Below are positions 11,422 through 24,248 of a stretch of DNA of 64,000 nt, piece after piece. The stretch is from Balanoglossus misakiensis. Taxonomy: Eukaryota > Animalia > Hemichordata. The stretch lies in assembly GCA_040954595.2 (NCBI GenBank), contig CM082590.2, positions 496,001 to 560,000 on the forward strand, read 5' to 3'. The notes beneath the pieces are model-generated. The model was not told where the DNA came from, did not search any database, and saw nothing but the letters and a program-made list of their open reading frames with translations. The position numbers and the translations under genes are program-made. Each line of letters starts with the position of its first letter. Positions within the stretch are counted from its first letter, which is position 1.

Positions 11422-12516
11422 CACAACCCGAAATATTTTCAAATCCCCCCCCTTCCGAACAGCTTAAAATTTTGAAATCCCACCCCCCATTTTCTTTCAC
11501 ACAGCAAAACACATCACCTATCTATCTTGTAAAAAAAGAAAAACAGCGCTCCCATGAAAAGAATTTGAAACTGATGTTTTTCCTCATCAGTGGATATTAA
11601 AACTGAACATTGTTTATATTTGTTAAGTATTTGTATTCTGTGTTGGCAGATATTGTAAACCGAGAAGTGAAGGGGGTGGGTTTGGGAGGGGGTGTCCCCC
11701 TCCCCTGTAAGAAAATTTTATAAAATACAGAGCTCAAAGCTGCATTTTAATGAACCCAAAAGCAAATTAACTTTTTATATACATATATGAATGATTGATG
11801 AGAAAATTAACGAATTCTAGTCTGGACTTGAATTGAGCTCGTCAACAGTAACAACACTGACTGTTCACTGTACATTTATGGTCTGTGCTGGCAGGCCAAA
11901 TACTGGGCATTTTATTATGCTTCACAGAGTAGAACAAGAAACTGTAGTAGATATACAAAATAACCCACCGTAAAAATAACCGGAAAATCAAGCTTATGAA
12001 GATTTAATGCACTTGCGGAGTTCATCTGTCATCCAGGTAGCCATGGTGGTTTGTTTCTTATAAATCAGTACTTCTGGGCAAATATTGAGTTTGTGAGAGT
12101 TTTTTACATGGCCCCCCCCTAAAGGATTGTGATTTTTATGTCTGACCCCCCCTAATTTTTCTTGGGGAAAATGGGTGGCCCCCCCCCCCTGAAAATCCTC
12201 CAGCCCCCCCCCCCCTGGAAGTAATTCTGGACAGTCCCTAATGTTGCTAGTTGCGCCACGGGCGTCATGGAACAATAAAGTGTATGGAGCATAGGCCTAA
12301 ACGAACACACAATAAATTATTTCGTGTTTTTTTTTTATGTGAACGAGAACTACACTCACGAACGGCCTAGCTACAGCTGGACTTGCAAAATATGCGAGCG
12401 AACGCACTAGCGCCGCGGAATGCGGAAGTGATGGCGCAATCTACAACCGCACGCGCAAACGCACCCCGCCCAGCGCGCGCGGCAGACGATCGTACGACTC
12501 CGTTGCTAGCCAGGAC

Positions 12517-12870
12517 TAGACTGTCGACAGTCCCTCGCGCCTAATGTGTATCGATTCGGCGTTTCGTGCGAGGGCCGAAGGCCTGAATCGGCGTTTCGTG
12601 GTGCGAGGGCCGTAAGGCCCGAGGGACTGTTATAGCTTGTAAGCCTTACCTTGATATTAATTATGCATGCAGAAAATGACGTAGTAAAATTTGCATATGG
12701 GGGCGTAAATCAGCGGCCAAACAACCAAAACTATCGATGACGGTTCCTCGGTAAAAACTCCGATCCTGTCCAAGAGAAAAGGTGCGATTTCATACGCCAA
12801 AGACTTCCCACTGCCAGTTGGCGACGCAACAAAGACATCTTTGCCGTTTATGAGTTTATGACGTATAATA
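12517..12870 (-). mobile_element. Truncated AcademH-derived element with a RecQ-like helicase fragment
   Basis: TAGACTGTCGACAGTCCC terminus; near-identical to 23211-23550. Confidence 0.75.
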
Positions 12871-13711
12871 GAGAGGTTTAGTTACACGTAAATACGCGTA
12901 CGTCTGACGGCAGGCAGTGGCGTTCGCGTATGCGTAGCGACGCGTGAATTTTGCGGTTTAGTTGTCCGTTTTGAATAACAAAAATATTTAAAAACAATAG
13001 AAAATTCAAATATTTTTCACTTCAATAAATTTTGTGTGTGATGAATATTCTCTAAGATCACCACCCTTGCAATAAGTTTCTTGACTGCAGTGGAAAGATA
13101 GTTTAGTGAAGTTTTTTGATGTCTTTGTCGAGGCGTCCACTGAAAACGTAGTTTGGGAATACATTTTTGTGTTTATGTTTTGAAAACACCAAATAGCGCC
13201 GGTTTTAACACATATGGCAGATTTTTTTAGATAACATGGATGCTGGCTACATCACAATTGCACTGCAGAGATCAAGACTAATTTCACTAAGTCTTATTAG
13301 ACGAAAATAAAACAAATTAGGCCAAAAAACGATTGCAATGATCTCCATTATGTGTTGAAATTCTAGTTTTTCATACCCTTCTACGTCGGTGTCACGAAAA
13401 GCTTGAAAGGACGCTTTCATGGCTGGCCTTACTATTTTCACAGCTTGGCTTGCATTATAATGAAGCCGTTCACGCTTTTTTTCTTCCATCTCTACATTCA
13501 CTTACTGGTTTACATAACAAAACAAAAAAAAACAGATTTGAAAGAGAAACTTCTTGCTAATCAAAAGTTAATGCAAAAAATTCTTTTCATTTTTGTGCAT
13601 GTTTCAGAGCGGTTTGGACAGTTTTTTTTGAAAAGGGGGCGTGGCATGTTCATCTGTAATCCGAGCCAAGTAATCAGCATCAGCTTCTGGTCATACTTTA
13701 TGGAAAGTTTG

Positions 13712-14893
13712 TTATTAGGGCACAAGCCAAGCAGGCTTGTGCCCTATTGGTATTACTGGGGTTTTTCATCTTTTTTTTTTTTTTTTTTTTTTTTTCTTGT
13801 GTAGTTTTTTTGCTCAGATAGATCTTGAAAACGGCTGAACCTACAAATCTCAAACTTGGCACAATGGTGCAGGTCTATGAGAGCTCGTGCAGTACCCTCG
13901 TGAATGTGTAATTAGTCACATGACCTGATGACCATATATGGGCAAAGTTTTCAAATGGGCCTAATTTGCATATGAATGACGATATCAAAATTCTGTGCAA
14001 TCATTTTGCGGACCATATGGTCAGTGTCCTACATGCTAAATTTCAAGGCTCTGGGCCAAGTCAATTTTGAGAAGAAGATTTTTAAATATTATATTTCATA
14101 TTTTTTGGACCCAGCCATAGGCCTATACTTTCTATAGTTAAGCTATGATGCTATGTCCACATCTGTGCAATGGTCCTGTACTGTGACTCTCTATTGGCCC
14201 GTGAGCGAAATGGGACCAAAATAAAAGGCAAAATTTTGGGCTCACCTGTAACACCTGCTTAACTCATTAATTATGTGCATACCTAATTCTGGGCTAACTA
14301 ATAGGGCTAGAGGTTTTGTGCTTGTGGGACATGGACCAGTATAGGGTAAAAAAAAATTGCCCAAATTTTGGGTGACCTCAGGTGACCTTTGACCTACTTT
14401 CCTATACCTCGGCATCCAGAGCAGGTACAGACTTGGCGTTTGGAGGGTTGGGACTAAAATTGAAAAGCCAAAATTGAGGGTCACCTGTGACACCTGCTTA
14501 TCTCATTAATTATGTGCATACCTAATTCCAGGCCAACCAATAGGACTAGAGGTTTGATTTTTGCTGAACATGAACCAGTATGGGGTCAAAATTTCTTGCC
14601 CAAATTTTGGGTGACCTCAGGTGACCTTTGACCTACTTTACCATATCTCGGCATGCACTGCAGCTACAGCCTTGGCATTTGGAGGGATGGAACTCCTGAT
14701 GGAGCCTTACACTTTACCTCATTAATTATGCACATACATAATTGTAGGCGAACCAATAGGGCTAGAGATTTTGTTCTTGTGGGACACGGACCAGTATGGG
14801 GTCAAAATTTCTTGCCCAAATTTTGGGTGACCACTTATGACCTTTGACCTTCGGCTTAAGCTTGGGCCCGTCATCGCTGCTTGCAGCTATATT
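13712..14893 (+). mobile_element. Helentron/HINE-like non-autonomous element, family X, with ~240-bp tandem units
   Basis: Terminal hairpin AGGGCACAAGCC-AAGCA-GGCTTGTGCCCT; other end GGGCCCGTCATCGCTGCTTGCAGCT. About 2.6 tandem units at 14220-14850. Related copies at 30821-33570. Confidence 0.65.
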
Positions 14894-16084
14894 TTTTAGT
14901 TATTTTACAGTTATTGTAATTGTGTCACGAAAATTCTACTTGAACGTATTCAGAAACGAATTTGTCAAACACATAGCAACAGCACTTAATACCAATGAAT
15001 AATGGCAACACCCGCTATTGTTGGATCCTCAAAAATCTTCTGGAACGGCTCGACGATAATAATAATACTTTTCAGAACAGAAGACGGCTATTGGAAACGA
15101 AACCTGACCTTGCAATGAGAGTTTGTCGGAAAAAAAACGTTTGGAGGAATAGAGTGTCTCGGTAGATGTCTACATTACAATGCTATGGGTCTTCAGGTAC
15201 TTCCCCCCAGTCGTCCCACAATGCAATGCGTTTTTCAAGATGGCGGTTAATACAGTTTTGCCCTATACAAAACCATTGCGAATCTGGTGACCGGAAGTGC
15301 CGTGTTCGATCGCCGGGTTTTATATCATGTGAATGAAACTATGTGTGAGCTCAGCTCAGCTCCTCCCAGTCATGGTGGACGTTGTTCATGTGCATCACTG
15401 TTATATTTGCTATGATTTTTTTGCATGAAAACAGTATGGCGAAATTTGCGACATCACCCAAACGCCATTTTACGTCGGTAACGCACGTCCCCAGGACGAG
15501 TGACACTTTTCGATCGATAATATCTCGAATGTTCGACCGACTTTTGAAACATGAATAGCCAGACATTAGGTTTCTATCTAATCTAAAACGCATACTCTGA
15601 TTTGGTAGCGATTCTCTTCGTAATAGTTGCCAAACGGCGGTGGGCTGAAAATTCGTTTCATACCCTGTATTAGTCTCGGTTACCCAGAGCCCTCTGCTTC
15701 TTCCGTTAGGCACTCCAGAAAGAGGGTCTGGGGAAACCCGGTAGACAAATCGCCGGGCGGAATCGGGACAGCTGCGATGCATGACGGGAGCTTAATATTC
15801 CAAAATGGCGACGTCCTGCGCGCGAACCTCACGGCCGACATGTATGACATACGATAAAGCAAAATCTCTCACTTTTTTTTTTTGGAGCGCATTTCTCAAT
15901 CATTTTTTTTTCGGCGCATGCGCATACGCTATTCTTTCAAATGCGTCCGTTTTTTTTTTTCAAGTTGTTAAAGACTATTATTTATTTTTACAACTGAATG
16001 CTCGTTTTTTTTAAACACGCTTGTTTTATTTTTTGGATGACAAATATACCATTTTTTACAACTTGGATCTGCCTGAATATTTTG

Positions 16085-16612
16085 GGTGACAAATGTGCCT
16101 ATATATTTTTTTTTCAAATTTTATATCGTGTTTTTTTTTTCAAATTTTTTTGGGTGACAAATGTTCCTATTATTTTTTTTTTGCAAGTTGCTCTGCGTTT
16201 TTTTTTTTTTCAAATTGCCTGTTTTTTTTGGGTGACAAATGTTCCTTTATATTTTTTTTTGCAAATTGCTCTGCGTTTTTTTTTCAAATTGCCTGTTTTT
16301 TGGGGTGACAAATGTTCCTATATATTTTTTTTTGCAAATTGCTCTGCGTTTTTTTTTCAAATTGCCTGTTTTTTTGGGTGACAAATGTTCCTATATATAT
16401 TTTTTTTGCAAATTGCTCTGCGTTTTTTTTTTTTCAAATTGCCTGTTTTTTGGGGGGTGACAAATGTTCCTATTTTTTTTTTTTTTTTGCAAATTGCTCT
16501 GCGTTTTTTTTCAAATTGCCTGTTTTTTTGGGTGACAAATGTTCCTATTTTTTTTTTTTTTTTTGTTTGCAAATTGCTGTGGTTTTTTTTTCAAATTGCC
16601 TGTTTTTTTTCG
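16085..16612. repeat. Tandem repeat, ~8 units of ~65-75 bp (GGGTGACAAATGTTCCTAT..Tn..GCAAATTGCTCTGCG..Tn..CAAATTGCCTG..Tn)
   Basis: Directly visible. Unit length varies mainly in the poly-T tracts and degenerates on both sides. Confidence 0.9.
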
Positions 16613-17192
16613 GGGGATTAAAAATGTGCTTATTTTTGCAACCTCAGTGCATCTGCTTTTTTTTAAAGTGGCCCGTTAGTTTTGGGGTGACATGAGTGCG
16701 GGTTTTTTTCGGTGACAAATATCTCCGTTTTTTATGGCTAACATGTTCGTGTTTTTTCTATGTTTGCCTGTGTTGTTTGTTCTGGGGGTATGCATTTTTT
16801 AAAGTTGTAGTCTCTCTTTTTTTTCAAAGAGTGTTCTTTTTAATACTTTGTGTGTATTTTTTGTGGGGGTGAAGTGTGCATTTTTCGTGAAAAATGTGCG
16901 CGTGGTTTTTTGTGTGACAAATTAGTGATTTTTTTTTGCAACTGCCTTGTGGACGTTTTTTTTGGTAAGCTTGGTGGGGTTTTTTTTGACAACAGGTGAG
17001 ATTTTCTTCTGTGTGTGTTAGTTTTGTTTTTTTGTTTTTTGTTTTTTGACTCCACGATGGATTACTTTTTACACTCGTTGTTTTTTAAACCACCAATCAG
17101 TTTTTTGTGTTTTTTACGTATTTTTTTGTTAAAAGACATCAATTTTCTATAAAATAATGATAAATAATTTTGAAACACTTGGCGCGCCGTAC

Positions 17193-17404
17193 ACATTGAC
17201 TTCTGATTTGACCTTTGACCTGCATACTTTGGCAAAGTGATTCTTGCCGTCGCATTTCTTGCATGTCTGGCCTCTTGCTGGACATTTGGGATCGCGACCA
17301 AAGTGTCCTGTCAATCCACAGCGATAACAAGTTCTATCTCTAGCTGGTTTTGTGTCTTTATCTTTCTCATATTTCCTTGGTTTCTGTGTACGGCGTTTGC
17401 TTCT
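17193..17404 (-). pseudogene. Gypsy gag fragment with two zinc knuckles (not in ORF track)
   Basis: Manual translation: KPARDRTCYRCGLTGHFGRDPKCPARGQTCKKCDGKNHFAKVCRSK. Confidence 0.88.
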
Positions 17405-17405
17405 A

Positions 17406-20400
17406 CATGTCGAAGTCGAAGCCGTTTTATCGGGACATCATGGGAGCAGCTTATATATCCCCATTAACCGGCTGTCCCGTTTAGGCGGCAGACAATAAAT
17501 GTTGACCCCACCCACCCGGCTACGCACTCATTCATTCATAACACCACTGTAGCAAACTATTGTAACAGAAACATGAACACATTGATACATTTCTACTCCT
17601 TTTATTCTAATTCATCAAAAGAAAACTTTGAAACATTGGTTACACATATTAGTTCGGAGATAAAAAATAAATACATGTGCAACAGATCACTTAAAAAACG
17701 ACTCGATCGTCCGTTGAGTCTTCGCCTCGGCAACATCGGCAAACACTGAGTTCTCTAACTGTCGCAGCATCGGCAGAACAGACACCATACCTTTCGCCTG
17801 TGTGTATCGTCGAAGGTAGTCCATCATCTCCATCTGCTGTTTGGAAGTTAGCTGCGGTGGTTCATTCTCGGAGTCGGACTGGGGGTCGGGGTCATCTGTC
17901 CTCGGACGCTTGGCTTCTCTTGCCGACTCAAGAAGGTCAGCATCGGACAGCTCACCGAAAGCGTTGTCCATGCTGACGTAATCGCAGAATTCTTCGGGGG
18001 ACATGTCGACTGGGATGGGGACATCGGCTAAAATATCGTCCAGATAGTCGTGCACCTTGGCTAAGTTTCTGTTGAAACCACAGGAAAAGTGCGCTGCCAA
18101 CATCTTCTTCTTTACCAGTTCTTTGCCTCTTTCGACTGCGATTTCCTGACTGAAACTGATCTAAGATCTGTTGTTTGGCTTTCACTAGTCGCGAGACTTG
18201 TGAAGTCGAAACACCAAATTTCAAATTTCTTAGCAGCTAGCAGATGCCTGGCTAACACCGGGGGACTCTAGGGACCGTTCAGTTTTTACGGCAGGGGGGG
18301 GGGGCGGCAAGTTTGTGTCATCGGTTCTCAAAATCAGGCCGACCCCCCCCCTTCACCCAGGACCAAAAAATGATGACCCCCCTTTGACAGACCCAAAAAT
18401 ATGATGACCCCCCCCCACGCCGAAAACATTCGCCGTCCTGATCCTATGATGTACACTGTATGCAATAAAGGGGATGAGGCTCCTCACACCTCAATTATAT
18501 ATTTCTTAAAGTATTATTGGAGTATATAATAGTATATCGTTGCAATAAAGAAATCTATGAACAAATTAAAATGACAAGTCAATACAATAGTTGCTAGAAT
18601 CGGTAAAACAAGAAAAGTGCTGGGGGTGGGTGTGAAACATTAGAAAATTTTGTAAAATACGGTGCTCAAAGTTGCAATTTAATGAACTCAAAAGCAAATT
18701 AACTCAATGTTAGGTAGGACAAATTTTAATTTTGCCACTCCACTAAGTAAGCATCGGGGGTGGGGAGGCAAGAAGTCTTCCCTGGTAAACTAGACAAACC
18801 AGTGAAGAAATACAATGTGGCGAAGAATGGAGGGGGTGGGTGTGGGAGGGGGTGTCCCCCTCCCACGTAAGAAAATTTTGTAAAATATGTAGCGCAAAGT
18901 TACATTTAAATGAACTCAAAAGCAAATTATCTCAATGTTTGGGAGGACCAATTTTACTTTTTGCCACTCCACTCAAAGTAAGAAGATTTGGCGTCATCTT
19001 CGTCATGACATCATTCATAAAACTTCTAGTATATAGAGATGCAGGGCGAAAGTATCAGTTATGCAAAATGGTTTAAACAATTATTCACTTTGTTAAATAT
19101 TATCATCGGTGGGTAAGGGGTTGGGGTGGCAAGCACTCTGCCCTGGTACAAAAAATGAAATGTGGCGGAGAATGTAGGGGGTGGGTGTGGGAGGGGTTGT
19201 CCCCCTCCCACATTAGAAAGTTTTGTAAAATAAAGGGCGCGAAACTGCAATTTTGTGGACTCAAAAGCAAAAGTTCGGTGGCAAAAGTATGTGACCCCCC
19301 CTAAACGTTTAAAAAAAACAGATGACCCCCCCCCCTTGTGGACTTCAAAATTTAAGTGACCCCCCCTGGATTTTGCCCCCCCCCCCGGCCGTAAAAACTG
19401 AACGGTCCCCTATGTACTTCAGCAGTTGAACCTTATCATGTCAGCGAGTGGGAGATCGATGCGCTTCTTGGACACAGCCATGATGATGTTCACTTTCACA
19501 ACGAAAATTATGAACTGAAGTGAATCAGCATGTCGACAGTCTTATAAGGACTGGCAACCATTTTACACCTTTTAAAAGCTTTGCACATTTCGTGCCATCA
19601 TACAATTGAGGCAATGGAGAGGCGCTGACTAAAAGTGTCGCCTCGTCTGTTGGGGAAGCCATTGAAACAAACGCCGACATTTCGACAATGTGCTTCGGTT
19701 CGATTGATCTTAGTCGCGTGAAAGTGGTTTGAGATCTGTTGCTGCCAATCAATCTGATGTTTCACTGGGAACGAATTAAATTGAACTTCACTGGATTCTA
19801 AGTTTGATAATCATTTCCTCACGTTATTTTACTGTTTTGAATATATGATCTGTCGACATGTTTACAAAATCGAAAATGGGCGTGTTTTGTTTGTCCGTTT
19901 TTGTCATGTTTTTGTTACGTATCCATTTACGTCGAGACGCAGTGCGGTTATGAAAGAGGATAGAGCGAGCTGCAGAGGATGAATGGGTCATGTCTGGGTG
20001 CCGCCAAACTCAGAGGACCATTTGTTTATCTGCTAATTACTTTTGCTTCAGAAGTTTATCAACACGTTTTTAAAGAAAACCGCCCCTTCTGAACTAAACA
20101 CAAGGCCGACACTGGGGAAGTTCACACGTTTGTCAGGTGCGAACGGCGTAGAAGGTTCGTAAGAGAGTTATGTCATCTATCGCCAGTGTTTTCACTGATT
20201 GTCGGAGAGTCAAAAAAGCTTATTCAACTCACACATTGCTTTGTTAGACAGAACTTTATTGATAAACGTCGATAAAAATGTCCCATTTAAGCGGCGGCAT
20301 GTCCCGATTAACCATGTAAATTTCAATAGAAAAAATCGGTTACATGGTCAAACATCCCGTATAACCGGAAATCCCGTTTATCAGGATCCCGATAAAACGG

Positions 20401-20409
20401 CTTCGACTG
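17406..20409 (-). mobile_element. pogo/Tigger-like transposon, internally deleted (CENP-B-type HTH and C-terminal tail, DDE missing)
   Basis: TIR (C)AGTCGAAGCCGTTTTATCGGGA with TA at the right end; left end degenerate. Fragments MAVSKKRIDLPLAD..KVQLLKYIESPGVSQ..KFGVSTSQVSRLVK and QRTIESFFK-stop. Confidence 0.85.
18271..19409. mobile_element. Harbinger-like MITE inserted in the pogo HTH coding region
   Basis: TIR GGGACCGTTCAGTTTTTACGGC; 3-bp TSD CTA. Excision restores KYIESP. Internal modules are shared with family C. Confidence 0.88.
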
Positions 20410-20411
20410 TA

Positions 20412-21736
20412 CTTGGCAGGTACGTCTGACTTTGACTGTATCGATAGGCACCTCTGCCTCTCTGTTGGATGTATCCACGTCCTCTACCACTAGATCTCAT
20501 AAAGCGGTTTGATGCTCTGAATCGTGATACACCTCTTCCTCTGTAAGGCTGCATTCACAAACACCTCTGGAGGGGGGGGGGGGGGGGCGGGAGAATTCAA
20601 TTTTTTTTACCGTTAATTTTCACATGCCCCCCTCAACAACCCGAAATATTTTCAAATCCCCCCCCCTTCCGAACTGCCAAAATTTTCAACCCCCCCCCAT
20701 TTTCTTTCACACAGCAAAACACATAACCTATCTATCTTGTAAAAAAGAAAAACAGCGCTTTCATGAAAATAATTTGAAACTGATGTTTCCCATTATCAGT
20801 GGATATTAAAACTGAACATTTTTTCTATTTTTTAAGTATTTTGTATTCTGTGTTGGGAGACATTGTAAACCGAGAAGTGAAGGGAGTGTCCCCCTCCCAC
20901 ATAAGAAAATTTTACAAAATACAGAGTTCAAAACTGCATTTTAATGAACCCAAAAGCAAATTAACTCAACTACCGGTATGTTGGGGAGGACAAATTTAAC
21001 CTTCGGCGCTCAAAGTTAGCATGGGGGGGGGGGGGGGGCAAGTCCCCTGACCTGGGACACTAGATAAACCAGTCAATGATTTAAAGGTGATTAACTGGTT
21101 TGTTTTCACTGTTACCAAGCCCTCACAGTTCTGTGGGCGGGCATTGTTTTCACTCTTAATAGTGAGTTCAATGTATCGCTCTTCCTGGATACCATTTTTG
21201 AACAGATCAGTGATATTTTCCGCTAACGTGGCGTCTATTTCCTTATCACAACACTCTTGCACTTTGAATCGTTTCGTTATAGAAACGAATCTACTAGGTT
21301 CTTTCTCACTGCTATCGTCGTCAATGGCGGCCTCCTGTGAGGTCCGTTTCTGGCTACTTGGCGGGAGATCGTCGTCTGTTAATTCCCCATAGTCACAGTG
21401 AGAATCATATTCGTAACTTTCCTCAAATTCCTTATTCTGTGTTTCTATCTTGTCTAGTCGCTCGGATATTGTACTTACTGCGAGTTCCTGTCTTTTCATG
21501 GCTGACTGAATCGAACGCATAATGGTCACTACTTCGCCCTCACTGTCATCCTTTTTCTTACCCGAACTAATCGGAGTATTTGTTGGTCTTTTCGCCGACT
21601 GCTTACTTTTACTTGTCGATGCCTTAGCATCGTCTTTTACCGAACCACGTTCGGTTTTATCGAGTTTATAGTCATTTAAACTCCTTGCTGGTGTTCCGGA
21701 CGGACCGGAAGACTCGGACTTATCGTCCTTACTCAT
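20412..21736 (-). pseudogene. Remnant gag-like ORF1 of a probable YR (DIRS-group) retroelement, split by a family C insertion
   Basis: MSKDDK...RPQNCEGLVTVKTNQLI (21087-21736) and an RG-rich tail RGRGVSRF..GRGRG (20412-20543). Class assignment is from recall of DIRS-group ORF1 motifs. Confidence 0.55.
20547..21086 (+). mobile_element. Harbinger-like family C copy, truncated
   Basis: TAA|GGCTGCATTCACAAACACCTCTGG start; colinear with 5725-11772 and 1-408. Confidence 0.75.
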
Positions 21737-22129
21737 TTGTGTCGGCAAACTCATTGTACACCTACAGTGACAATTTTTCACTCAAATATTTGGCTCCAAA
21801 GCCAAACTATACGGTAGATCGACGATCTAACCTTAGAAGATTCTGTTCTGAACCTGTTCCAACCCAGATGGGTCTCGATGCTGCTGGAGTGTCGGTAAAA
21901 TAACCGTCGAAAACTCAGCGGTCAAAAATCGCTGCCATACTCCCAATGCACACACATGACACATGTGCACCTGACTTCCACGCATGCGCAGCACACTCTC
22001 ATTGAAGACTGACCGAGATTATGACGAAATAGAATATCCTACAAAATATAAAAGTTCCCAATTACCCGGTACCTATGATTTCATTCCATTATAACTCTAA
22101 AGAAGCCAATCACATTAATGAACAACTCA

Positions 22130-22952
22130 AAAATACAAGATATTGCCCACACAAAACATTGACACTTTCATCATAGGTTTTGTAAATCATCATGACAACT
22201 CACCCAGGAACCATCGTGTCAAATTTCAAAGCAATCGGGTAGAGGTTTCTGAGAAAGAGTTTTGACCAAAATGGCAAAAGTCACCCCATAAATATACTAT
22301 CGAATTCTTCAAGTTGATTTGCAAAAACATACATACAAATCCTACTTGGGGTACCCCAAGGAACATGCCTACCAAATTTCAAAGCAATCTTACAAGCGGT
22401 TTTACAGAAACAAATTTGATCAAAAAGGCAAAAATTGCTCCAAAATTATAAATATGCAAATTTTGCAGCAATTTAAACAAAACTTTGGTAACTCAGATCA
22501 CCTATATGAAGCTCCATACTAAATTTCATAGAAGTCGGTTGATCAATTCCAGAAAAGTTGATTTTTTACCAAAAATGTGGAAAAAGACAAAAAAAACGCA
22601 TAAAAAAAGAAAATTCAAACATACATAACTGTGTGAGGTTAATATAAGGTACATGCTTACCAATTTTCAAATCAATATGACCAGGGGTTGAGTTTCTGAG
22701 TTTTGGCCAAATTAAGGTTTTTCCCATCTAATTTGCATATTTTTGGCAATGACAACTGTTTGAACAAACCCCCATCTACAGCCCAGCATGCATCAACACA
22801 CTAAGTATCGAGATTATAAGCGCAGTGGTTTTCTAGTTTTTGATGTGGACGGACATACAGACATATATCCATCCATACACATGCATACATGCATACAGAC
22901 GCAACTGATCCCATAAGGTCCAACTGGTATATACCTATACAAATGGGACCTA
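22130..22952 (+). mobile_element. HINE/DINE-like family Y copy, 5' part divergent or truncated
   Basis: Shares the GATGTGGACGGACATACAGA-(CATA)n-AAGGTCC...GGGACCTA end with four other copies. Confidence 0.7.
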
Positions 22953-23210
22953 CGCAAGATCCATTCTTCACAATCTTCACTGGATAAAACAATATTGGAC
23001 CACAACACATATACAGGGAAAAAAGCAGTGTGCCCTCCAACAAACATAATTTTGAAAAGCTTAGAGTCAACTTGAGGATTTTTAGAACTTTATGCATTCT
23101 GTGTTGATAATTTTCTCGAGTCATTAGTGAGTTTGTTGAGTCAGAGGAGTGTCATATGGGCTTTGAGAGCACACTGGTTAAATGTTCTATGCAGGGTCAC
23201 ACCATCTTAC

Positions 23211-23779
23211 TAGACTGTCGCACCTAATGTGTATCGATTCGGCGTTTCGTGCAAGGGCCGAAGGCCCAATTCGGCGTTTCGTGGTGCGAGGGCCATAAGG
23301 CCCGAGGGACTGTTATAGCTTGTAAGCCTTGCCTTGATATTAATTATGCATGCAGAAAATGACGTAGTAAAATTTGCATATGGGGGCGTAAATCAGCGGC
23401 CAAACAACCAAAACTATCGATGACGGTTCCTCGGTAAAAACTCCGATCCTGTCCAAGAGAAAAGGTGCGATTTCATACGCCAAAGACTTCCCACTGCCAG
23501 TTGGCGACGCAACAAAGACATCTTTGCCGTTTATGAGTTTATGACGTATATTAACTGTCAATCAATTTACAGGGTCAGGGGCATTTTCCCACAGTGCCCG
23601 TGTGAGGGCGAAACAAGGTATAACAGTCCCTCGGGCCACGCCCATGCCCGAGGCTTTACGGCCATCGCACCACGAAACGCCGAATCGGGCCTTCGGCCCT
23701 CAAAAGATACGGGCCTTACGGCCCTCGCACGAAACGCCGAATCGATACACATTAGGCGCGAGGGACTGTCGACAGTCTA
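23211..23779 (-). mobile_element. Non-autonomous AcademH derivative carrying a RecQ helicase motif I fragment
   Basis: TIR TAGACTGTCG...CGACAGTCTA extending >100 bp; TSD CATCTTAC (23203-23210, 23780-23787). ORF contains GKDVFVASPTGSGKSLAY. Confidence 0.85.
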
Positions 23780-23939
23780 CATCTTACTAGTAATAATAGT
23801 AACTTGGTGAAATGCTGAAAAGAGACGCACAAACATTTACAATTGTGCCCATACTTTATCAGTGAAGCTAATTTACAGAAAATCCATTTCTCTGTACAGT
23901 GTAGAGGTCCAATTTAACCTTAGAAAACAATGGGTTCAA

Positions 23940-24021
23940 CCCTTTCACCCCAAGTTCTCTCTATAGTGGTCCCGCTGTATAGAAAATAATGAGTTTGGAC
24001 TGAACCAGGGTGGTAAAAAGG
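23940..24021. mobile_element. Short piggyBac-like MITE (degenerate)
   Basis: CCCTTTCACC...GGTAAAAAGG TTA; same family as 24738, 25820, 26858 and 46872. Confidence 0.6.
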
Positions 24022-24242
24022 TTAGACCATGGTTGCAAATGGTTAAAATTATTGGTACATGAACAAACTCTACTGGTGAAATGAATTTATGCAAATCCCA
24101 TTTCTCAGAAAACAATGGGTTTAGACCAACTCATGGTGGAGAAATGGTTACAATTTTTAGTGTCAAGTGTTGGACATGGCAAACTGGTTGAAAGAAACAT
24201 TTGAATAAACTGCACGCGAATAATCGTGTTTGCTGTGGTACT

Positions 24243-24248
24243 TTTATT
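24243..24248 (-). promoter_or_regulatory. Candidate polyadenylation signal (AATAAA) ending a ~2.1-kb BZW 3' UTR
   Basis: TTTATT on the plus strand at the end of a relatively TE-poor stretch downstream of the stop codon. Position inferred, no transcript evidence. Confidence 0.4.

Larger units (their letters stand above)
5725..11772 (+). mobile_element. Harbinger-like family C copy split by Gypsy D; right end missing
   Basis: TAA|GGCTGCATTTACAAACACCTCTGG start. 11422-11772 is colinear with the uninterrupted copy at 20547. Confidence 0.8.
5515..12238. mobile_element. PIF/Harbinger-like non-autonomous element B, inflated by nested insertions
   Basis: TIR GGGACTGTCCAGAATT(T)ACTTCCAGGG at both ends; TAA TSD (5512-5514, 12239-12241). 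Excision restores in-frame GATSNIIDEPTW of Gypsy A. Confidence 0.9.

Noticed and set aside
15998-16695. Several Phe-rich ORFs
   Set aside because: Translation artefacts of the poly-T tandem repeat.
23340-23561. Host RecQ helicase gene
   Set aside because: Only motif I is present, enclosed by TIRs and a TSD and duplicated near 12660-12870; it is transposon-derived.
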